Made by a program: the position numbers and the translations under genes
Source: Takakia lepidozioides
Lineage: Eukaryota > Plantae > Bryophyta
Reading direction: 5' to 3'
Length of the DNA stretch: 64,000 nt
NCBI GenBank assembly: GCA_030704615.1
Contig: CM060732.1
Location: 65,162,001 to 65,226,000, forward strand
Notes under the pieces: generated by a model
What the model was told of the DNA's origin: nothing
Seen by the model: only the letters and a program-made list of their open reading frames with translations
Database searches by the model: none
In this document: piece by piece, positions 11,659 to 23,600 of the stretch
How the letters are laid out: every line of letters starts with the position of its first letter
Numbering within the stretch: position 1 is the first letter of the stretch

Positions 11659-14600
11659 ATGGATACAAACAAGGGAGGGTATGAAGAAGTGCCTCACCAC
11701 CATCTATCCCAAATCAGCCTGCTGCTTTCATATGCCAGCAAGGGGAATGTAACAGAGGTGAAACGGTTGCTGGATGAGGGTGCCTCTATTAACACTCCCG
11801 ATTACGATGGACGAACCGCACTGCATTTGGCAGCCAGTGAAGGCCATGTACCTGTGGTTGAACAGCTGCTGGAGCGTGGCGCTTTCATCAACCCTATTGA
11901 CCGTTGGGATGACACGGTAATTCCTTCTTCCTTGAACACCTCCATTGCTTTTGCAGTACTATGCCTCCTCTTAAAACTAGTAATCTGGTTTCTGATGTCC
12001 TGCAAAACTGAGTGGGCATGTGGTGTATATACAGCTGCAAGGATGATAAGGACAGGTCTTCCACCTCCAGGAACCTGATCATCTCACAGAGAATAGTCAA
12101 TATTTCCTGGACACAAATTTTTTTGTCTGTTTGCATTCTTGGTGATTATCACAGGCATAAGGCTAAAAGTTGAACAAGCTCTCTCTGCCTGCTAATCTTT
12201 GGCCACAAATTAGTTTCAGGGTTCATTGGTTCCTATTTCACTAGGAGGGTTCTGGAAATTCTTTCATGGCCTCTGGACTTCCACTAAGTATGTTTGCTGG
12301 TGCAGCCATTAGCTGATGCAAGGAAATACAATAAATCCAAGGTCTCAAAGGTACTAGAGATGCAAGGTGGGGTAGTTGAGGTATTGTCCCTGTCTCTTGA
12401 CCTTCTTCCACCTTCTCAGTTGCTCTTAAGGAATTCATGCACCTGTTCTTTGAACGCAGTTGTGAAGGTATTGTTGTGGTGCAGTCACCAACAAACTGTA
12501 GCTTCCCTTGATATCTGCTGTTTGGTTATTTCATAGTTTGGTCGATTGCTCTTTGAGCACTCTGCTATATCTTAGTCTGTCCATCAATGTTTCAGTCATC
12601 ACCTCTTACATATTTCTTACTCTATGCCGAATTATGTAACAATGGACTTTGTTTTGGAGTTGTCATTGTCTGTAGTGTGGTTGAAGATTATCTAACCACA
12701 AAGGGTACTATTGTTCAGGATAACAAGAAGCATGGACCTCGTTATGAGATCGACCCCTATTCTCAGTATGAAATTGATCCTTCTGAGCTGGAACCAGTAG
12801 ATCATCTTCCTTCTCTTGGCAAGGCAAGTTTCCTTTTCTCACTAGCCTCAACAATCCTTTGTAAGAACAAAAGTGTTCTCAGGGATGCAGTCCTGTGTGC
12901 ATTTATCTCTAAAGGCATAATGGCACCAGGAGAATTGACAGTCTTATGCTCTAGGAGGGGAAAGGTTCCACTGGACCTCGATGATATGTACCCGCTGGCA
13001 GACCTCTTTGTCTCTTGCGAGGACATGCTCTCTTCTTCTCCCCTTTTTGTTTTCTCTTCTATTATTCATCTCGCAACTGGAGACTAGTAGACAAGTGTAT
13101 CACAGAAGATATTTGTCCTGCATATGATATTGAAGGTCATGGACAGAAAAGAGCAGAGCCTTGGAAGCCAAGCAGGACCTTGACAGTCACCCAAATGTGT
13201 CTAAAACGACAATGACAATTCTAGCCAATCTGAAGAGTCGGGCTTATCAACCCACTTTTATATACATTGCCAGCCAACATTGTGCGATTGCGAAATAACC
13301 AAGCTTAGCGTCTGTGAATGCACTGAGCTGAATTTTATCTTGATCAAAACCCAGATCGGCAGGCTACTCCGAGGGTGAAAGTATTACTTATATAAGCTAG
13401 TAATTTCCCAATCACCCCGCAGTTCAAGCCCTACACATACCATTCTCATGCACAAACTTAGGTCAATTCCACATCTACACTAACAAAGACACATTCATAC
13501 TTGTACTTGAAATATAGAAACACAGATCATAAGCACACTTTTTTCAAAACCCTTCATTTCCAATTGCAGACTGCCACAGGGGAAGTCCGTGTCATGAATT
13601 GGCGAGGTACGAAAGTGGCAGCAAAGACAGTAAACAAACCCCTTGCAGCGGACCCGGAGCTATTGTAAGTGTTTTGAGGAGCCCAATGCAGTCTTGCTCA
13701 GATAAGGTCTGATTCTGTGAGTGATGTCATTCTTACTGTGTGTCTGGAATTGGTGATGTCATGTGTCAAGGGACACCTCTTTATCATTTAGGAACTACAG
13801 GAACTACTGAAGTATATAACCACAAATTTTGCTGCTTTAGCACAGAAAATACTAGTGTGCTTCTAGTACAACCATCAACCCCTGAGCAGCATGACACAGT
13901 CAGAGCCTTTGTGTTGACCTTTCAATCCATCTTAAGGCCTGAAGTATTCTGCTTCTCCGTCTCAGCAATGATCGCTGTGAGCGTGTGTTCTGTCAAGAGA
14001 GAGAGACAGCAACAACCGAAGTTAGTGTAAATAAAGCCTCTTCCCCTTGCGGGTATTGCCCTCTTTCAGGGGTGGGCTCTCTCTGTATATAAAGTGGGGG
14101 TCTGCTGCCTACAGAGCGACAGCTTGCCCGCTTGCCCGCTTTCTATCTTGCGTTTGTTGAGGATGAGTGCGGTGAGGGAACTGATGGCGGTGAGGTGGAG
14201 AGTATGGAGGTAAGGTGTGGTTGATGTGTGGGTTAGGCCAAGGTTTTGTTTCAGACTGCAAATATTTTGGCAATGCACCCGGCCACGGGTGCCTGCAGTA
14301 ATGATAGTGAGAGGGGTGGGTGCCCAGCCACCTTGTCTAAGGGCCAAGATAAGTGGGGCGTATTTCTCACATTTGTTAGGAGTAGCTTGATCTGAGTAGC
14401 GGTCATGACAAAAGGTAAAATCAATTGTATGTATTGTGAGAGAGGAGCATGGTCCAGGTGGTGGTGAAGAGAGAGTAAGTCCTTGTACCAATAGTATGTC
14501 AGGGCATAGGCGTGCTAGGTGTGTTCTCTCAAGTACTGTGTCAACTTGTTTTCCAGGGATACGAATGGAGTTGTATTTGTTCATTGTGGTGATGAGTGAA

Positions 14601-17600
14601 ACAGAAGTACATGTACAGTAACTCAGGTTTCAATAGGGGTTCTCGAATTTGTATTTGACCCGTTTATAGGAAAATGGAAATCTAGCTTCTGATGAGAGGT
14701 GCATGTGGTGGTGGGGTCGGCCAAACAGTAATAAGTTCCAGTCTGAGCTGGTGCTGCTAGAACAGCTGCGCCATCCTAACATTGTACAGTTCCTGGGGGC
14801 AGTCACCAAGAGCCAGCCCCATGTGATTGTCACTGAATATCTCCCAAGGGTAAACCTCTTCTCCATAGCAATCAGTGGCTCTCTCTCTCTCTTCGCACGT
14901 TATAAAGTACCATTTCATTTCATTTCATTTCTGTCTGCGCATGCTTGGCACTGAAATTTAAACTCAGGGCGTGGAATCTACCTTTGAACAATAAAGATGC
15001 AGAGAGGAAAGGGAGATTGTCAATGCCCGATGTGTGGGTGAAAACAATATCCATTTTCTGATACAATGTCCAGGGTATTCTCATTCAGGAACATTATGAA
15101 CATAGTCGCTGCACCTCTGTTCACCAACTTTCAAGGCTGAGCCTAAAGCTCTGGCCCTGTTGGGGGTCTAACTGCTCGGCAGATCACACACAGCAGATTG
15201 ATGCTTGTGTGAAGGGCTTTCTAGAGGAAATCTTGAAAGCCCGAATAAATCGTTTACATCAAAGTAAGTCCCATTACTGGAGAAAGCCCCTCAAAATGGT
15301 AGTGTCTGTGCCCATGGGGCCTATGGTCTATGGCCACAAGGATATGGCAAACAATGCCTTAAAAGTACAGTCCCTCTGTGCATGAGGCACCCTGTCTCCA
15401 AGCAACCATTGGGATCTTCCAGGTGGTGTTTTGGTTTCCTCTTGTAGTTCTACTTCATGGCCCCCTTTCGACTTAATAAATAAATTTCTTCCGTTTTTCT
15501 CGACCTCACCCTGTTGATATTTTTATTTCTTTCTTTAATGCTTTATCTAACACACCCAAAAAATGCTCTAGAATATGGAAGTTGTTTGTTGTCACCTTCT
15601 AGAGAAGGATCATGTAGACATGTCAAGAGCTCATGTTTTTGTCTGTGTCCAAACATATATCTTGCACAAGAAGATAGATTGTACTCATAAGACGTTGTTT
15701 GCCGTAGCCTTGTGGCCATTGACCCCGCGCCCAGTTTGAGCGGGAACAAAAGGGACAGAACCTACCTCTGTCAGGGGCTGACGTTGGTAGTAAGACTTAC
15801 CTCCATATAAAGAATTAATCCGGGTTTTCCAGACACACAAGCATCAATCTGCTGTGTGTGATTTGCCCAAAAACTAGGCCTGAGGAGGGCCTGAGCTTGC
15901 TCAGCCTCGAGACTTTCAAAGTTGGTAAACAGGGGTACAGGCACAATTGATTTGAAGAGAGCGTCTCTTCGGTGAGAGAACCCCGGACAGTGTATCAGAA
16001 AATGAATACTGTCTTCAGATTGCCCACACAATGGGCAATTGCACTCTCCCTTTCCTCTCTGCTTCTGTTTGCTGTTCAAAGGTAGGCTTCCTGCCCTGAG
16101 TTTAAATTTCAGTCTAGTGCCGAGAGTGGGTAGACCCTTGAGGTCATCCAAGATGTCCTCCCCCACGTCACAGACTGGAAACAAGTTCAGGGAAGTTTTC
16201 TGCCTAACTTCATTTTCATCAGACAATCTTATGGCAACAGACATGGCTGAGGACACTACAGCCTCTACGTCAGATTTATCCAGCAGGGTCAAGACTTGCG
16301 GATCCAGGTCCAGGTCCTTGAGGATCTCTTCTACTCTCTTCTGCCAGGACTTAGCCTGTTTGACAGGGCGGTCCTGTTTCCAAGATATAGAGTCGATTAA
16401 CTTAGGATATCTGGTGTTGGGCATATGTTGCAGCTGACCCCACCATCTGACCTTGAATTCATCTCGTCGGGAGCTTAAGGACGGAATGCCAAACTCACCC
16501 CGAACAGCCACATTGGCTGTTTTGGAGCATGCTGACATACACTCCTTAAGCACCCCCACTTGAATGGATTCTAGAGACTTAGCCTGGTTGGAGTTATCAA
16601 CCCATATAGCAGATCCGTACTCCAAGGCAGGTCTAATAACGCGACAAAGCATGGTTTTCTTAACCTCAGAGTTGACCCCTCTGCAGTGGAAAAAGATAGA
16701 AAAAGAGAGGCAGGTATAACCTAGACTTTTGCTTACGATAGCCTTGCATTCATAGACCAGGCCAGGGCAGAAAAGGAGAAACAAGCGGGGACAGGAAGGG
16801 GAGGAGCAGATGGGTGCCACCACCATCGCTGAAGGCTCCCTCCAGTGCGGCTATCGTTAGAAATGAAGTTGAGTCTGGCCTCTGTATTTCTGAAGAGAAG
16901 CTCTTAACCATACCAGCGCCCTAGAATTCAAACCCAAGAGAAGGGTCACAGCTTTCAGCATTCTCTTGAGGTTCTTGAAGAAACAATCTTTTTGGTGGGC
17001 CAGACAAACCCATCACCATCCATCAGGAACTGTATGCTATCCTGTGCACAGATCCATTCCACAGGTGTTCCTGTTTACCCAGCTGGGTTGCCTCAATAAG
17101 GGAGGCAGGCAGCAGAGATGTACACACACAGCAAATCCCGTCCTTTTAGAGAATGGTACATGTATTCCCACCCTCAGGCTTCTTGCCACAGAATGCACTT
17201 TTTCTCATTATCTCATTCATTGGTATGCTATTTCTTCCTGCCAAGCTATCTTGTCATGTTGTAATCTTTTGAGGTGGATTCACAGGGTGATCTACATGGT
17301 ATACTCTCAAAGGGTTGCATCGATGCTAAAAGTGCTGTGGGGTTCGCTCTGGATATTGCTCGGTAGGATGCTCTTCCTTCTTCATTGGGACAAAAAACCA
17401 TTCATCTTTGCCAATGTAGTCCTTAACCGGGATTACTCATAGAGCCATATGAGCTTCAGATTTCCATTCCACTCATTCCTGGGTCCTTTCAACTTCCTCA
17501 TGTTCAATACACTATATATTCCTCGAGAGACATGGTCATTCCAGAGGAGAACACCTCTCTTTGGACCCTCTAGTGCTGTTTTCACAACATGTCTCTTGTG

Positions 17601-20600
17601 TGTGTGTGTGTGTGTCTCTCTCTCTCTCTCTCTCTCTCAAGTACCATTTCATTTCATTTCATGTCATTTCTCTCTCTTTGAGCTTTCCGCAGACATTATA
17701 AAGTACCATTTCATTTCATTTCGCTTGCTTCTCTCGCCTGTTCTGCCCAATCTGGGCCTTGTGGCTACGGTACATTCGCCCTCACTGCTTGACTCATTCT
17801 ACTTTTGCAAAGACTAAGACAATCTCCAGGCATGCTTTACATGTTTTACACAGCTGTAAAGTTCTCTACATGAGTGAACCTATGGACTACTAGCACGTTA
17901 GCATGTAGCATGAGTGATCTCTTTGATATGTGCCAACTTTGGTCAGGAAAGATGGTCACCAACAAGTGATATTTGTGCAGAGGCCTAAACTATCTTCACG
18001 AACACAAAGAGCCTATTGTACATCGCAATCTCACACCACGGTAAGTATACACTCAAGATCTCAAATCTTTAAATCCCAATGTATGCCCCTATGTAGAGAA
18101 TACACTAGACTGATTGTTGGACATTCTTGCCTGCTTCCGCACGTAGTGAAGTTTGAGTGGAACACAAAGGGACAGAAACTACCTTTGTCAGGGGCTGACG
18201 CCGGTAGTATGACTTACCTTGGAAGAAACAATTGCTCCGGGTTTTCCAGATATCCTCTAGAAATCCCTTTACACAAGCATCAACCTGATGTGTGTGCTTT
18301 GCCCAATAACTAGGCCCCAAAAGGGCCTGGCTTTTGGCTCAACCTCGAGATTTTCAAAGTTGGTAAACAGAGGTACAGGCACAATACCCTTGATAGATTT
18401 GAAGAGAGCGTCTCTCTGGTGAGAGAACCTCGGCCAATGAATCAGAAAATGAATGTTGTCTTCAGGTTGCCCACACAACGGGCAATTGCACTCTCCCTTT
18501 CCTCTCTGCTTCTGTTTGCTGTTCAAAGGTAGGCTTCCCACCCCGAGTTTAAATTTCAGTCTGGTGCCAAGAGTGGGTAGACCCTTGAGGTCATCCATGA
18601 TGTCCTCCCCCATGTCACGGACTGGAAACAATTGCTCCGGGTTTTCCAGATATCCTCTAGAAATCCCTTCACACAAGCATCAATCTGCTGTGTGTGATTT
18701 GCCCAAAAACTAGGCCTCAGGAGGGCCTGGGCTTTTGGCTCAGCCTCGAGACTTTCAAAGTTGGTAAACAGGGGTACAGGCACAATTCCCTTAATAGATT
18801 TGAAGAGAGCGTCTCTTTGGTGAGAGAACCCTGGACAGTGTATCAGAAAATGAATACTGTCTTCAGATTGCCCACACAACGGGCAATTGCACTCTCCCTT
18901 TCCTCTCTGCTTCTGTTTGCTGTTCAAAGGTTGGCTTCCTGCCCTGAGTTTAAATTTCAGTCTAGTGCCGAGAGTGGGTAGACCCTTGAGGTCATCCAAG
19001 ATGTCCTCCCCCATGTCACAGACTGGAAACAAGTTCAGGGAAGTTTTCTGCTTAACTTCATTTTCATCAGACAATTTCCTGGCAACAGACATGGCTTTGG
19101 ACACTACAGCCTCTAAGTCAGATTTATCCAGCAGGGTCAAGACTTGCGGTTCCAGGTCCAGGTCCTTGAGAATCTCTTCTACTCTCTTCTGCCAGGACTT
19201 AGCCTGTTTGACAGGGCGGTCCTGTTTCCAAGATATAGAGTCGATTAACTTAGGATATCTGGTGTTGGACATATGTTGCAGCTGACCCCACCATCTGACC
19301 TTGAATTCATCTCGTCGGGAGCTTAAGGACGGAATGCCAAACTCACCCAGAACAGCCACATTGGCTGTTTTGGAGCAAGCTGACATACACTCCTTAAGCA
19401 CCCCCACTTGAATGGATTCTGGAGACTTAGCCTGGTTGGAGTTATCAACCCATATTGCAGATCCGTACTCCAAGGCAGGTCTAATAACGCGACAAAGCAT
19501 GGTTTTCTTAACCTGGACGGGCCCTAAACGAAACAGTGCGAAAGAAGTCCAGCGGGAAGTGGAGAACAGGTATAACCATGCATGCGCCAGCTTGGCCTTT
19601 GTGGAAACAACCTCTAGACTCCAGATCAACCTCGAGACGAGTACTTATAACTTGCCAACAGCATTGAGGAGCGTGATGCCACGGTAGTTCCCCGGTTCTT
19701 CTCTGTCACCCTTCTTGTATAGATTGACGATGACCCCCTGTCGCCAGCGAAAGGGGATCATTTCAGTCTTCCAGATAAGGTTAAAGAGGAGAACTAGGGC
19801 CTCTATCATGGGATCGCCACCGTGCTTGATAAGCTCGTTGACAATACCATCAGGTCCACCAGCTTTATATCCGTTTAAATGTTCAATTGCTTCCACAATC
19901 TCAGAAGAACTAATGGGAGCGTTATAAGCCATTGAAATATACTCCAGTTCATCAGGGCTGTTTTGAATCATAGGAACAGTTTTTCCAACTGTGTCCCTCC
20001 ATTCAGCAGAAGACCCCTCACTGTTAGACCTAGAAGTTCTGCCAAGGATACTGTAGTGAGTTTCAAAGGTTTTGACAATGTCAACCGATGAAGTCACCAC
20101 TGCACCTTTAGTAGTCTTCAGCGCTTGTACTTGCTGACTTCTTGTCATTACCACCATGGTGGTTTGAGTTTATTTCACTGTATAACTTATCCCAGTATAA
20201 TTTCTTCTGAGACCTAACACGCTGATTGATATCTTTACGGAGCTGGTAGTACCTCGCCCACAATTCTCTGTTTGTTTTCAAATTGCAGCACTCTTTATAG
20301 AGGGCTCGTCTCTCAGCTATCTTGAGTTTAATCTCATTGGTCCACCAATTAACAGCACTACCGCAGACAATTAGTTTCCTCCCAATGATCTTGTCAGCCA
20401 CAGAGGAAACGAAACTCTCCCAAGAGTCCACTGCTCTTTCGACTTCATTTCTTGCGTTGTCAGAGCGAGACTGAAGTTCTCTTGCTCAGGGAGAGAGATT
20501 GTACTCATAAGACGTTGTTTGCCGTAGCCTTGTGGCCATTGACCCCGCGCCCAGTTTGAGCGGGAACAAAAGGAACAGAACCTACCTCTGTCAGGGGCTG

Positions 20601-23600
20601 ACGTTGGTAGTAAGACTCACCTTCATATATAGAATTAATCCGGGTTTTCCAGATATCCTCTAGAAATCCCTTCACACAAGCATTAATCTGCTGTGTGTGA
20701 TTTGCCCAAAAACTAGGCCTCAGGAGGGCCTGGGCTTTTGGCTCAGCCTCGAGACTTTCAAAGTGTTGGTAAACAGGGGTACAGGCACAATTCCCTTGAT
20801 AGAGTTGAAGAGAGCGTCTCTTTGGTGAGAGAACCCCGGACAGTGTATCAGAAAATGAATACTGTCTTCAGATTGCCCCCACAATGGGCAATTGCACTCT
20901 CCCTTTCCTCTCTGCTTCTGTTGCTGTTCAAAGGTAGGCTTCCTGCCCTGAGTTTAAATTTCAGTCTAGTGCCGAGAGTGGGTAGACCCTGGAGGTCATC
21001 CAAGATGTCCTCCCCCATGTCACTGACTGGAAACAAGTTCAGGGAAGTTTTCTGCCTAACTTCATTTTCATCAGACAATCTCATTGCAACAGACATGGCT
21101 TTGGACACTACAGCCTCTAAGTCAGATTTATCCAGCAGGGTCAAGACTTGCGGATCCAGGTCCAGGTCCTTGAGAATCTCTTCTACTCTCTTCTGCCAGG
21201 GTCTCCCTGTCCTCTAGGAAGCCTATTGACATTGGGTGGACTTGAAACGGGAGTACATTAATGTCTCTGTGACTAAATGCCGGCCTTGTGACCTCATGTT
21301 CTTGTTTGTTTCGACCTGAAGCGCTTTGCTTCAGGTAAGGTAGTGCATTGGATTTAGTTGGAAAGCTTGGGGCCTTTCCCTCTTTAGCCTACACGGGCCA
21401 TTCCCTGCAACTCCCTGGAGTGTGATCTCTGAATGGTAACAAGCGGACTCCTACCGCTTGGGGGCAGCCCCTCCGCCCAAATTGGGCAGTCGTATGCTCT
21501 GTCTAGCATACTCGGCACTTGGGCTCGGGTTGGTTCCTGTGCTTAAAACTAATGATATTCATATCTGTGCTGGGCAAGAAACATGGGAAACGTCGGATAA
21601 ACTGGTTGGAGATGTCATTGGTTATAAATGGGCAGGTAAGATGTGTACTCTCAAGGCAGCCTCTGCCAAACGTGGTCAAAAAGGGGTCGGATTCTTTGTC
21701 CGTGATTTCTTGTTTGACAATTGTGAAATTATCAACAAGGGTTTGAGGTACAAGCATAGTATCTGGCTAAAACTGAATTTGAAGGGCGGCATGAGTACAA
21801 AGGACCTCTTTGTTGGTTGTGTTTACATGCCCACAGAGGGGACCCTTAGTGCTGACGCAGTCAAGGCCTTCGAAGATGTAAAGCTGGACTGTGCTTCGTT
21901 CCTTGCCAAAGGTCAGGTGGTACTATTGGGGGACTTCAATGCCCGGGTGGGCAAAGGGATCCATCAGGACGATATCATTGGACCTTTTGGTGAGGACGAG
22001 CTGAATTCTAATGGCAGACGGTTAATTAACTGTCTAGAAGAGCTTCAGCTTTTGACCTTGAATAACAGGACAAGAGGTGACCAAGTGCAGTGGACTCGTG
22101 AGAAATCCCAAACTGGGGAACGTTCCATTGTGGACTATATCATAATGGACAAAATTTTGTTCCCCCAGTGTGCCAATGTGTTGATCGACAGAACTGATAT
22201 TGGTACCCTCTGACCACTTCCTGGTTTGGACTGAGATCAAAAGGTGTTTTCCCACCACCAAGAGATCTGTGAAACGTTCGATTCGGAAGTGGCGCATGGA
22301 AAAATTCCACAATGAGGAGGTCAAGGCTGAGTACGTCCAGGCCTTGCAAGAGGCTCTCCCTCATTTTGTCCAATCACTCCAAGAACTTCAGTCACGCTTT
22401 GTTAACGCAAGAAATGAAGTTGAAAGAGCAGTGGACTCTTGGGAGAGTTTTGTTCCTCCGTGGCTGACAAGATCATTGGGAGGAAACTAATTGTCTGCGG
22501 TAGAGCAGTTAATTGGTGGACTAATGAGATTAAACTCAAGATAGCTGAGAGACGAGCCCTCTATAAAGAGTGCTGCAATTTGAAAACCAACAGAGAATTG
22601 TGAGCGAGGTACTACCAGCTCCGTAAAGATATCAATCAACTTGTTAGGTCTCAGAAGAAATTATACTGGGACAAGTTATACAGTGAAATAAACTCAAACC
22701 ACCATGGTGGTAATGACAAGAAATTCTGGTTGGCCCTTCAACGTTTGTACAAGCCGAAAAACGGTCAGCAAGTACAACCGCTGAAGACTACTAAAGGTGC
22801 AGTGGTGACTTCATCGGTTGACATTGTCAAAACCTTTGAAACTCACTACAGTATCCTTGGCAGAACTTCTAGGTCTAACAGTGAGGGGTCTTCTGCTGAA
22901 TGGAGGGACACAGTTGGAAAAACTGTTCCTATGATTCAAAACAGCCCTGATGAACTGGAGTATATTTCAATGGCTTATAATGCTCCCATTAGTTCTTCTG
23001 AGATTGTGGAAGCAATTGAACATTTAAATGGATATAAAGCTGGTGGACCTGATGGTATTGTCAACGAGCTTATCAAGCACGGTGGCGATCCCATGATAGA
23101 GGCCCTAGTTCTCCTCTTTAACCTTATCTGGAAGACTGAAATGATCCCCTTTCGCTGGCGACAGGGGGTCATTGTCAATCTATATAAGAAGGGTGACAGA
23201 GAAGAACCGGGGAACTACCGTGGCATCACGCTCCTCAATGCTGTTGGCAAGACATTCTGCAGAGTTATAAGTACTCGTCTCGAGGTTGATCTGGAGTCTA
23301 GAGGTTGTTTCCACGAAGGCCAAGCTGGCTTTCGGCGAAACAGGGGCTGTGTGGATCATATCTTCACTCTAAGCCAGATTATCCAGGGAAGGAAAAAAGA
23401 AGGGAAACCCACTTATGTCTTTTTCCTGGATGTCAAAAAGGCTTATGACACAGTGTGGAGAGATGGCCTATGGTTCCGCCTCTGGTCTTGTGGGATCAAG
23501 GGAAAGATGTGGAGAGTTGTCCACAACTTGTATGCTCACACCAAAAGCTGTGTCACTGTTAACAGACAGAAGTCCAACTTCTTTGACATAGACCAAGGTG

